The notes under the pieces were generated by a model. The model searched no databases. It was given only the letters and a program-made list of their open reading frames with translations, and had not been told where the DNA came from. The translations under genes and the position numbers were made by a program. From assembly GCA_035297365.1 (NCBI GenBank), contig DATGZA010000048.1:1-33809 (forward strand): a stretch of 33,809 bases of DNA. The letters are read 5' to 3'. Below, in pieces: positions 1 to 8,958 of the stretch. The DNA is from Nitrososphaeraceae archaeon. GTDB taxonomy: Archaea; Thermoproteota; Nitrososphaeria; Nitrososphaerales; Nitrososphaeraceae. Each line of letters opens with the position of its first letter. Position 1 is the first letter of the stretch.

Positions 1-45
1 ATTTGTAAATTAAAAATTTTAATCCTATTTTCAAAAAATAATTAC

Positions 46-447
46 TTATTTGTTGTTGTAAGATCTTTCCAATTCTTTTACATAGTTGAAATAATTTTGA
101 TAATTAAAATAATTTTGAGTTGTATCATTGAAATATCTTTGTGCAAATTCAATATTTCTGGCAAATTTTTCTATATTTTCCAATATCATTTCATTTATGA
201 AATTTGTTCGGTTAGTGATATTATCTACAACATTTTTGTTAATTGTATCGTATGCTTCAAAAAATCTTTCCGGAATCCTTGAATTATTCCAGTAAAACTT
301 CGGTATATTTTCAAGAAATTGTCCATATGTTGATTGACAGGAATAGAATACGTTTTTTTGTAATTGGATATCATTTTCATATAATTTTCTAGTTTCATCT
401 TGAATTTTACTGATTGCTTTTGTAACCTCGTTTGTAATTGTAGACAT
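46..447 (-). CDS. Hypothetical helical Asn/Gln-rich protein resembling a multicopy Nitrososphaeraceae family
   Basis: ORF 46..459; ATG at 447 (MSTITNEV) is the more plausible start. Amphipathic helical sequence with a small C-terminal duplication QNYFNY-QNYFNY. Confidence 0.7.
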   Translation of the reverse strand: MSTITNEVTKAISKIQDETRKLYENDIQLQKNVFYSCQSTYGQFLENIPKFYWNNSRIPERFFEAYDTINKNVVDNITNRTNFINEMILENIEKFARNIEFAQRYFNDTTQNYFNYQNYFNYVKELERSYNNK

Positions 448-599
448 TAACATTAACACGTAATTTAGTGATATTAAGATTGATACTATTATCTATTTAT
501 TTTTGCTTTAATTATGTACAATACGGACCGCTTTTAATTTAACAAAATAGATTTAGCTATGAATGTTCTATTTCTAACCTATGATCAGTAGATTTCTTA

Positions 600-835
600 A
601 GAAACTGAACATCCATTGCAACAATTATGTACTCTATTTATTAGCATTTGCTTAGCCTCGATCTTGGAAAGCCTTGGAAGGTATTAGAATAGGCTGTAAG
701 GAACAAACCTGAACCAGGTTGTTAATGAACCGTATTCTCAATAGGTTTTGTTCTTTGATTCTTGAATGTCCAGTATTCTTTTTTGTATGCATCTTGAAAG
801 TTATGAGGACCATCAAAAATAGATAAATTTGTTTT
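600..835 (-). pseudogene. Possible highly decayed TnpB (IS200/IS605 OrfB) fragment
   Basis: Minus-strand fragments in shifting frames (FDGPHNF / KKNTGHSRIK / EYGSLT / PGSGLFL / RLSKIEAKQMLINR) occur in the order of the TnpB motif LDKAFxNF..GYPRFK..YxSxTYPQSGF..LSKIGxIxIxLHR. Weak, by eye only. Confidence 0.35.
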
Positions 836-890
836 TTTCCTTAAAGAAATAATTGATATTGCCCTGAATAATATATTTAAAAGAACAGTC

Positions 891-1190
891 ATGATAACCT
901 TAAAAGATGATTTGGATCAAGTCGTATCAATATTACATGAAACTTTTGAATTACCAGGAATACAAAGAAAATATGATGAATCTTTTGGTCAGATTTCTAA
1001 TATTTTAAATAGATACGGCATAAATGAAAATCCAAAAAACCTACGTGTTATGTATACTCTATGCATGCAACAATTTTTTGAATCTATACCTCAAGATAAA
1101 TGGAGATTAAATGACCCTTCATTTATTAAAGAATCAGAAGAATTTGGAATTATAAAATTCAAAGAATGGATAATAGAACAAATAACTTGA
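891..1190 (+). CDS. Hypothetical protein
   Basis: 99-aa ATG ORF with protein-like composition and an upstream TATA-like atatttaaaa; no recognisable motif. Confidence 0.6.
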   Translation: MITLKDDLDQVVSILHETFELPGIQRKYDESFGQISNILNRYGINENPKNLRVMYTLCMQQFFESIPQDKWRLNDPSFIKESEEFGIIKFKEWIIEQIT

Positions 1191-1555
1191 TATATTTAAA
1201 AACTTCATAGAATAAGAATATAACCAACCAACTAGATGTTTTATTATTTAAAATTCTTTTGGAAAAGTAAAAACGTTATTATTCTACGTGTTTATAAATT
1301 TTAAAAAAATAAATTTGATTGTAATCTTTGCGTTGTTGTACAACTATGAAAATCAATAATATCATCATAACGTAATTATTGAATTTAGTCTCATCTTTAT
1401 TATGGCATGAGATAATTTAAGCGCTATATTAAAGAACAATACGAATTTTATTTGAAATCTATACTATATTTCCAGGATAGTATCTGTTTAGCGAATTCAT
1501 TTTAGTTGCTATAGTTTTACATAAACAAAAAATCTAGCATATAGTTTCATTATAT

Positions 1556-1879
1556 CTATTTGTTGAATTTACGATATTGTGCTATTGTATTATTACAAAT
1601 CATGCATTTGTATTCTCCCTTTTCTAGTAAAATAACATCTTGTGTAATATCCTCATTTGGATTCTCATATGTTATTAGAGGAGATCCAAGATATTCTTTT
1701 CCACATTTGTTACAATAATACCTTGTTAATCTTTCTTTGTCTAGTCTACCTATATTTCCCAAGAATAAATGTGGTACTCCTAGGCTGAATTTTAATTCCT
1801 CATCCTCTGTTAGGTATGCAAAAGCATAACCACCTGAGCCTAACAGTTTCTTCTCTTCCAAATCTTCATTTTTATGCAA
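1556..1879 (-). CDS. Small zinc-ribbon-like protein, likely a conserved thaumarchaeal hypothetical
   Basis: Two CxxC pairs (CNKC, CMIC) in 107 aa. Confidence 0.8.
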   Translation of the reverse strand: MHKNEDLEEKKLLGSGGYAFAYLTEDEELKFSLGVPHLFLGNIGRLDKERLTRYYCNKCGKEYLGSPLITYENPNEDITQDVILLEKGEYKCMICNNTIAQYRKFNK

Positions 1880-2189
1880 ACGTATTATCTATTCATAAAT
1901 AATAAATTGTAAGATTAAAGGTTTAACTGAAGTAGAATCCAAAAACAAAGGACATGATAGTTTGTTAATAAGTGATTTTGTTATTGTTTCATATGGCAGT
2001 TATGGTAAAGTCATAACCGTTACACAATATTCTGATAATCCACTTAAGGATAATTAAATTTTTTTACATCTTATTTTGATGTTGAAATGTACTTTAAGAT
2101 TATAAAAAATAAAATAAGATTTCTACCTTTGGCCAGGAGTAATTCAAATCAAGAAAGCTAAATATATCTTTGACAATATATAAGCATAT

Positions 2190-2240
2190 GACAGAATCGA
2201 TCTTCTGTCGAACCAAGCGTGCAAATGCTGCCCGGTCCAT
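2190..2240 (+). other. Hairpin followed by a degenerate tRNA 3'-end-like fragment
   Basis: Stem-loop gacagaa-tcgatc-ttctgtc (2190-2209), then gcgtgcaaatgctgcccggtcca, which resembles an archaeal tRNA T-arm plus acceptor 3' strand (GGTTCAAATCCCGCCCGGTCCA). No 5' half is present. Confidence 0.4.
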
Positions 2241-2351
2241 TACATGATGTTCCTGTGCTGACAAAAAGACACAAACATAAACGAAAATATCAATCTTCTG
2301 AAAATTAATTTATACATAAGATACGAATGAAAATTGAGTATAATATTATTT

Positions 2352-2666
2352 TTATCGGAGTACCTCAAGTGGTTTTGTGGCATTGAAGGATTCCAATGTG
2401 TCCTTTAATTGCTGGTCTAATTCTTGTTGCTGCATTTTCAAATCTCTTTCGAATTCATCTGTCACATTATAGGATTGTGTTATTTCCGTTGTTTGCTTTA
2501 ATTGTTCGTCTAATTCTTGTTGCTGCATTTTCAAAATCCTTTCGAATTCATCTGACGCGTTTGAAGTTTGGGCTTGGATATTTTGACTGCATAATCCTAT
2601 GAAGAGAGCACTAAAAATGGCTAAAATACTAAAATTCTTAAAAATTAAAAACATTATCGGTAGCAT
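2352..2666 (-). CDS. Small exported protein with two 31-aa repeats
   Basis: Hydrophobic N-terminus ending IQA-Q; repeats DEFERILKMQQQELDEQLK and DEFERDLKMQQQELDQQLK. Confidence 0.75.
   Translation of the reverse strand: MLPIMFLIFKNFSILAIFSALFIGLCSQNIQAQTSNASDEFERILKMQQQELDEQLKQTTEITQSYNVTDEFERDLKMQQQELDQQLKDTLESFNATKPLEVLR
2417..2554. repeat. Intragenic direct repeat, 93-bp period
   Basis: ctaattcttgttgctgcattttcaaa...ttcgaattcatctg at 2417 and 2510. Confidence 0.85.
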
Positions 2667-3025
2667 TATTCTGTTTCTAGCATTTATATATTATAGTAAC
2701 CATTTATAATTTTCATTATAAATCCACTAGAAGGTAGATGTTTTAGTTTTCATAGGTATCTAGATATATAATTAGATTAAAATAAATTCGTTTTATAGCC
2801 TTTATTGGCAGCGATATTATCACCACTTATAATGCTTCCAAACATACCAATTAGTTACGAATGTAGAAGCACAATATTGATGAATGCGGATATGATAATT
2901 ATTAGAAAGATAATATGGACGTGGATAGGAGAACTGATATTTAGAAAAATATAAAAAACTCGAAATTTTCGTATTTAATAAAAGTTTAACCACATAGTGA
3001 AATTGTCATTCCCTCACTCTCACTT

Positions 3026-4066
3026 CTACTCTGACAATACTTCTTTAAGTGTATGAGATGCTTGGTCTATTGCACCCCTCGCTGCAGGAGTATCGGTAAT
3101 CGCATTCAGCATCACAAAGTCATGAATCGTGCCAAGATAGCGGGTTGCAGTCGTTATAACTCCAGCCTGCATCAGTTTATGAGCATAGGCCTCACCTTCA
3201 TCACGAAGTACATCATTCTCTCCGACTATGATAAGTGTAGGCGGTAATCCAATAAGCTGCTCAACAGATGCTTGCAGGGGACAAACAGTTGGCTCTTTTC
3301 TATTAGTATCATTTGAAAGATAATTATTCCAAAACCATTTCATTGCTTCACGGGTAAGAAAGTAACCTTCTTGATATTTCAAATACGATGGAGTGTCAAA
3401 ATTCGCATCTGTTACTGGATAAAAGAGTAATTGGAACGTGATAGGATTTCCACCCCGTTCTTTGGCGAGTAGTGCAACTGCAGTAGCGATGTTGCCACCT
3501 GCACTGTCACCTGCCACAGCTATCCGTGAAGGATCTACATTGATAGTTTGACCATTTTCTGCAATCCATTTTGTAGCAGCATATCCTTCTACTACAGGAA
3601 TTGGATACTTAGCCTCTGGGGAGCGAGTATAATTTACAAATATAATGGCTGCATGTGCCCCGTTAGCAAGTTCCCTTAACAGTCTGTCATGAGTATCAAA
3701 ACCACCCAGGACCCATCCACCACCATGGAAGTACATTACAACAGGTAGAGTTTCATTTCTGCTACCTTGGGGTCTGACTATCTGAATAGATATTTCACCA
3801 CTAGGACCACCTGGAATAGTCTTGTTTTCAATTTCAGCTGGAAGTTTTTGAATTTCACCGGACTGAAGACCAGAAAGTACATTGCGAGCTTCATTGGGTG
3901 TCAAAGTATAGAGGGGAGGACCGGCATTCTTTTGTAGACTCTCTAAAAATATTCGAGTATTACGTTCTACAGTAGAGTAATTGTAGTTATGCACTGCATA
4001 TACTAGTGGATTGGTATTATTTAAAAAGAATGAAACGCTAATTCCAAATGTTATTGCAATAACCAT
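3026..4066 (-). CDS. Alpha/beta hydrolase, HSL-family esterase/lipase
   Basis: HGGGW oxyanion motif, GDSAGG nucleophile elbow, and D(VLRDEG) and H(DF) catalytic residues; hydrophobic N-terminal extension. Confidence 0.93.
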   Translation of the reverse strand: MVIAITFGISVSFFLNNTNPLVYAVHNYNYSTVERNTRIFLESLQKNAGPPLYTLTPNEARNVLSGLQSGEIQKLPAEIENKTIPGGPSGEISIQIVRPQGSRNETLPVVMYFHGGGWVLGGFDTHDRLLRELANGAHAAIIFVNYTRSPEAKYPIPVVEGYAATKWIAENGQTINVDPSRIAVAGDSAGGNIATAVALLAKERGGNPITFQLLFYPVTDANFDTPSYLKYQEGYFLTREAMKWFWNNYLSNDTNRKEPTVCPLQASVEQLIGLPPTLIIVGENDVLRDEGEAYAHKLMQAGVITTATRYLGTIHDFVMLNAITDTPAARGAIDQASHTLKEVLSE

Positions 4067-4699
4067 AATTCATAAAAACAAGAAGCAGGTTTGACTTTCA
4101 TCTTATTATGATTAGATTTTAGTATTTATTTTTTTATTAACTTGTTAATAGTCAATAATATAGACAAAGAGCAAATAAACTAACAGTTTCTAAATTGAAA
4201 TGATTCATAAAAAAAACTAAATATACTTTAGACTACATAGCATGAGAATATCACAGAATCATTATTCTGTCATACCGAGCGGGTCAATACCCATCAATTT
4301 TTATTCCACTACCAACATCTTTTTTCTTACCAAATTACATATTAATAAAACAAGATTTTGGAAAAGAAAAGCGATTACCCTCTTTTTCATTCATAATAAA
4401 TTGAATGTAACAAAAAGAAAGTATCGAGTATTTTCATAATGGTAAGAACTGTGTTAATTTAAGATTAATTCACCTCATTTTTTTAAAAGGGATAATAAAA
4501 TAATTTTTCTTAGATGTCATATCATCATTGTACATGAAAATAAAGAATTATATCCAGTTATGTCCATGAAATAGGTCACCTTTATTTTGCATACATGATC
4601 ACTAGTCATCAAAATTCTATATTCTGTCGTGACTCATTGTAAGGATCACTTGATCTTATCAGGAGTCAATCCTATTTGATGTTACAAGGTTAGAATTAA

Positions 4700-5030
4700 A
4701 ACGATAGCTTTTTAAACAGTATTATTGCTTTGATTCATGAAAATCCTTTCTGGATTATCTGAAACAGATACAGAAGGTTTCCAAAATGTTACCTATACTG
4801 GATAAAGCAAAAGAACATTACAAATCAAAAGAAGTACTGGAATATTTCGATGAATACAAACAGGATCTGATTCCAGTATATTTTCCAAATGGGTCTCCAG
4901 AGTTTATGGTACTGGAACGGATATGAAGTATATCCAAAAAAGATCTTCTTGTCCTACAGAATTATTTATCCTTCACAGATTGGATAATTAAAATATCTAG
5001 ATATTATAGAAAAAAAAAGATCCAATCTGT
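4700..5030 (+). mobile_element. IS630-family transposase remnant (pseudogene)
   Basis: From 4795: ILDKAKEHYKSKEVLEYFDEYKQDLIPVYFPNGSPEFMVLERI*SISKKDLLVL, matching the DDE_3 pattern LDxAxxH..PxxSPExxxxExxW with TGA at the Trp position (4924). Frameshifted upstream pieces SFLDYLKQI / FPKCYL. Confidence 0.75.
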
Positions 5031-5092
5031 TTTCAAGAATACCTCATCTGAGGTGAGAAGCATATTAAGCTTAATTGCTATAATATCTAGTT

Positions 5093-5290
5093 TCATACGT
5101 ATAGATTTAGTTCGGTTATGATTGTAGATACCGTTTGCAAGTTATATTTCTCTTCCTCTATGTAAGAACAACAGTAATATTGAATATTTTTGACATTTTC
5201 GTTTTGTGCCAGTACGCTAGACACTGGTATCGCAAGCATTGCAATAACCATTCCTGAAATCAGGAAAACCAATGGGTATTTTTTTTCCAT
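5093..5290 (-). CDS. Short signal-peptide-bearing ORF, probably a truncated exported-protein gene
   Basis: From ATG 5290: MEKKYPLVFLISGMVIAMLAIPVSSVLA-Q is a typical signal peptide followed by under 40 residues; it lies between IS remnants. Confidence 0.45.
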   Translation of the reverse strand: MEKKYPLVFLISGMVIAMLAIPVSSVLAQNENVKNIQYYCCSYIEEEKYNLQTVSTIITELNLYV

Positions 5291-5499
5291 ATTTATTTCT
5301 GTAATTATATACTGAATTCTTATTTTTAAAGATATTGATAAATAGACTGACACCCTTAAAAGAAGATATTTTATAGTGCTAACTAGCCATATCCTAGCTT
5401 AGATTATAATAAAATTTAAGAAAATCTATATTATTACCTTATTAAGCATACACAACATGTTTAGTTCTATATTTTGTTGTTCCGAATATAGATATTAAT

Positions 5500-6170
5500 C
5501 AAATTCAAGGGAAATAAAAAACATTCAACATTTATTGTAATAGAATTTGTATTTGTTCTACAAGAAATCAAAGGTACTAGTAGTATTTAGAGATGAGAAA
5601 TGGAATCGTTTCTGTTTGTAATTTGATTCAGGAATTTGGTTCATATCAAATATATTGTAAAAGAAAAAGAGTATCGCATTTATTATAGATGAAACTCCTA
5701 TTCAGATTGGAAAACAATATTACTACCTGTTATGGATTTATGATGAACCAGTATTCATTATATGCTTAATATTCTTATTTTATATGATAAAAACATGCTT
5801 GTTGATGAAAATTAATTTGATCTGGTTGAGACGTGTGTAACATATTGTCTATTAGGAGGGTGCTAGTAAATGATATTCACAGAAATTTAATTTTGAACAA
5901 CTAAATATAGACAAAATTCTGCAGTGGAAAGGTGATCAATTGATATTTATGCATTATATAAATAAGAGAAACGAAATTTTGATCATCAGATCATTAATAA
6001 ATAACAGAGTATACCATTAACATATAACAGAGATATGATCTATCACAAGTATACAATTATACATGTATACAATTGGATCAAAATATCCATGTACAGGTAA
6101 GATACTAAAATAAAAAACAACATTTCATTCCTCAAAAGAGATGAATTATCCTAAAATTTACAGGAACGCT
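5500..6170 (+). mobile_element. IS6-family transposase remnant (pseudogene)
   Basis: Frameshifted pieces LVVFRDEK / VSVCNLIQEFGSYQIYCKRKRVS / AFIIDETPIQIGKQYYYLLWIYDEPV (IS6 DET motif) and C-terminal HVYNWI. Confidence 0.75.
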
Positions 6171-6450
6171 ATGAACTAATAGAGAAATTTATTGGCAAAT
6201 ATATTATATTTGTATTAAATTATTTATTAACATACTCTTTTGAATTATCGAAAATTCCCTCTACTAAAAATTACATAGTTTTAGAAGCATTCCTTAGTAT
6301 TTAATTAGTATTACAACAAAATAGGGAAATTTTAAAATATCTTATAGCATTTTCTCCAATTATATAGAGGATAGATTGATAAATTCAGTATCCATTATAT
6401 TTTGACAATGGAATTAATTCTGGCAGCCTGAATTATTTCTAGGAAACTAA

Positions 6451-6476
6451 AATATTTTTCGGCGCCGAAAAATATT
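6451..6476. repeat. Perfect 26-bp palindrome, copy 1 of the TTTTTCGGCGCCGAAAAA motif
   Basis: aatatttttcggc|gccgaaaaatatt is its own reverse complement. Confidence 0.9.
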
Positions 6477-6485
6477 CACAATTAT

Positions 6486-6533
6486 ATTTCAGATATCATA
6501 TCTGGTCTTGTGAATTACAGAATAATGAAGAAT
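6486..6533 (+). mobile_element. C-terminal fragment of an IS5/ISL2-like transposase
   Basis: Translates to ISDIISGLVNYRIMKN, resembling the C-terminus of this family and the end (LDLVNYMII) of the adjacent minus-strand remnant. Confidence 0.55.
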
Positions 6534-6777
6534 AGTGTTTTACAGTAATTTGATATATCAGGATTAAGAATAAGATATAGCGCTAGTGTAATTGCGCAAT
6601 AGATCTATTTTATATTTATATTTGACATAACTGACACGGTCTATCACTAACTCTCCAGCTAGTCATTATATAACTTCATTAGACGTCTTCCGTAATTGAA
6701 CAAGTTTTACTTTCTACTGTTATTTTCATCTTTTTTGTATTCTTACTATTATTATGACAGTTTATTGCTATTCCTCC

Positions 6778-7380
6778 TGATAATCATGTAATTCACAAGA
6801 TCAAGTACAATTTCTGTTCCTGTATCTTAGCCATTAAACAGAATTTCGTTATCCTGCAGATGATATGTTCTACTATTGTCATCTGTTTACTCTGTTTTCT
6901 ATTGGTAAGATCAAAATTGTATTTTTTCTTTACTGGTAATGCTACTTTCAGATTGGGAAATTTTTTTTTATTCGTTGGTATCCAAGATCAAAATTGTGTT
7001 CTACTTGTTGTAGTGTTATTTGATGTTCATCGTTGTAAAAGGCATAGTCATGCTGTATTGACTAATGATTCTATGTATGTGTCTTATATCTCCGAACACG
7101 TTGCTCTGGTCAGGATCGAACAGAAATCGTGAAGGTGTATTTGTAATGGAAAATCTGTAGTACACCAAAAGTACTAGAAATCTTTCTCTTACTTTCAGTT
7201 CGAAATGATTCCTGCACCTACTCTTCTTGTTCTGTGATTTCTTTTACATAGACGTTTTATTTCGTATTGTAGATATCTGGATTCTATTTCCTTGTAAATT
7301 AAATCAATTTCAGATAATTCGAGACCCGTTAATCACCTGAAGAATTCTGATTTTCTTGATAAACGAGTGTAATTTAACAA
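6778..7380 (-). mobile_element. IS5/ISL2-like (HTH_Tnp_4 + DDE_Tnp_4) transposase remnant, internally deleted
   Basis: Minus strand: LLNYTRLSRKSEFFR*LTGLELSEID..RRVGAG / FELKVRERFLVLLVYYR..FLFDPDQSNV, then FDLGYQRIKKNFP..LPVKKK..IVEHIICRI. Contains stops, frameshifts and a missing central part. Confidence 0.8.
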
Positions 7381-7549
7381 ATCTATGAGTAATCATGTTT
7401 GAGAAGAGCGATGCAGCTGCAAGCTATCTAATCATGCAAGAGATCTAATTATGAATATTGCGTAAGAATATCATAATTACAAAAATTGGTCTAAGAAGCA
7501 GTCAAAAAACTTTAAAAGTTAATGGAGAATTAAATATTATATTGAAATA

Positions 7550-8944
7550 ATGAGTACAAATAATGACCTAAAATATGAAGATCAAAAGCAACACCAAATT
7601 TTCATTAGTTATGCACATGATGACTCAAATGCGGCTAACCGCCTTTTTAATGATCTGAAAGAGTTTGAAAAAGAATTTAAATTAAAATTTTGGTTAGATA
7701 AAGACAGTCTTTTACCTGGTCAAAATTGGTCAGAAGTTATACAAAATGTTATTAAAGAAAGTAAATATTTTATTTTGCTATTATCTAAAAATGCGATTGA
7801 AAAAAATACATATGTACAAGAAGAATTAAGAATGGCCCTAGAAAAGGCTGAAAACCATCAAAAAGCTGAAATTTATATCATACCCATACGTTTAGATGAT
7901 TGTCAAATATCAGAATCGATCCAAAAGCTTCATGTTGTCGATTTATTCCCCGATTGGAAACATGGATTTGAAAAAGTATTATTGGCAATGAAAATTGGAG
8001 CAAAACCTAAAAAATTAACTGACGTTTATTGGGAGAATTTATTAGATGCTATAGATAGAAAAAATTGTATCCCCTTTATTGGAAGCTCGGCCCTTGAATT
8101 TTTTAATCAAGTGGATGATAATGCTTTTCTTACCATCGACGAATTAGCAAAGGAATGGGCAGAAAAATATGACTATCCGTTTGAAGCTCCATATGAATTA
8201 CCGAAAGTAGCCCAATATGTAGCAATAAATGAATTAGGTAACGAGATGGAAGCTAAGCAGAATGTCAGTACCAGATTTAGAAGAATGAAACCACCTAATT
8301 TTTTATCAAATAAATTTAATAAATCTCCACATGCAATTCTTGCCGAACTAAATTTACCTATTTACATCACAACAAATTATGATTTTTTTATGGAAGAGGC
8401 ATTAAAAAGTCAAGAAAAGAAACCGGTCAGTGGATTGTGTAGATGGAACGATGAATTGAAAAACTCAATTGAAGAGAGAACAGAACAAGATCAATATCGA
8501 CCTACAAAAGATGAACCATTGGTATTTCATTTCCATGGTTGCATAGATTATCCTGAATCATTGGTTTTAACCGAAAGAGATCATTTTGAATTTGTTATTT
8601 ATACCAATAAAGAAAGTGAGAAAGATATGATACCAACATTTTTGAGAAAAGCATTGCCTACTTCAACATTATTATTTATCGGATACAGATTAGATGATAT
8701 CAATTTCCGCTCAATATTTCAAGGGGCTCTCAGCTTCATGTCTAGTGTCCGTAAACGCAGAAATAGCATAGCTGTCATACAAATCCCAGTAGAAAATGAT
8801 TCTGTAAAAAAGGAAAAAGTTACTAAATATTTGGATCGCTACACAAAAGAGATGTTTGAAATAGTAATCTACTGGGGAGAACCAAATGATTTCATCGAAG
8901 AATTACAGACAAGATGGAAAGAATTCAAGGAAAATAAGAGTTAA
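7550..8944 (+). CDS. TIR domain - SIR2-like domain fusion protein (putative NADase effector)
   Basis: TIR: IFISYAHDD, WLDKDSLLPGQNW, FILLLSKN, YVQEEL (putative catalytic Glu). SIR2-like: CIPFIGSSA, YITTNYD, FHFHG, LLFIGYRLDDINF. Confidence 0.9.
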   Translation: MSTNNDLKYEDQKQHQIFISYAHDDSNAANRLFNDLKEFEKEFKLKFWLDKDSLLPGQNWSEVIQNVIKESKYFILLLSKNAIEKNTYVQEELRMALEKAENHQKAEIYIIPIRLDDCQISESIQKLHVVDLFPDWKHGFEKVLLAMKIGAKPKKLTDVYWENLLDAIDRKNCIPFIGSSALEFFNQVDDNAFLTIDELAKEWAEKYDYPFEAPYELPKVAQYVAINELGNEMEAKQNVSTRFRRMKPPNFLSNKFNKSPHAILAELNLPIYITTNYDFFMEEALKSQEKKPVSGLCRWNDELKNSIEERTEQDQYRPTKDEPLVFHFHGCIDYPESLVLTERDHFEFVIYTNKESEKDMIPTFLRKALPTSTLLFIGYRLDDINFRSIFQGALSFMSSVRKRRNSIAVIQIPVENDSVKKEKVTKYLDRYTKEMFEIVIYWGEPNDFIEELQTRWKEFKENKS

Positions 8945-8958
8945 GGGTTGACTGATAT

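Noticed and set aside
702-723. Inverted repeat aacaaacctg-aac-caggttgtt
   Set aside because: Only a 6-bp perfect stem plus a bulged extension; compatible with chance.
4242-4439. 65-aa ORF, and similar short ORFs at 17093, 20621, 32786 and 33206
   Set aside because: Low-complexity AT-rich translations without motifs, some overlapping better-supported genes.
6860-7132. 90-aa plus-strand ORF
   Set aside because: It is antisense to the IS5/ISL2-like transposase remnant, which explains the sequence.
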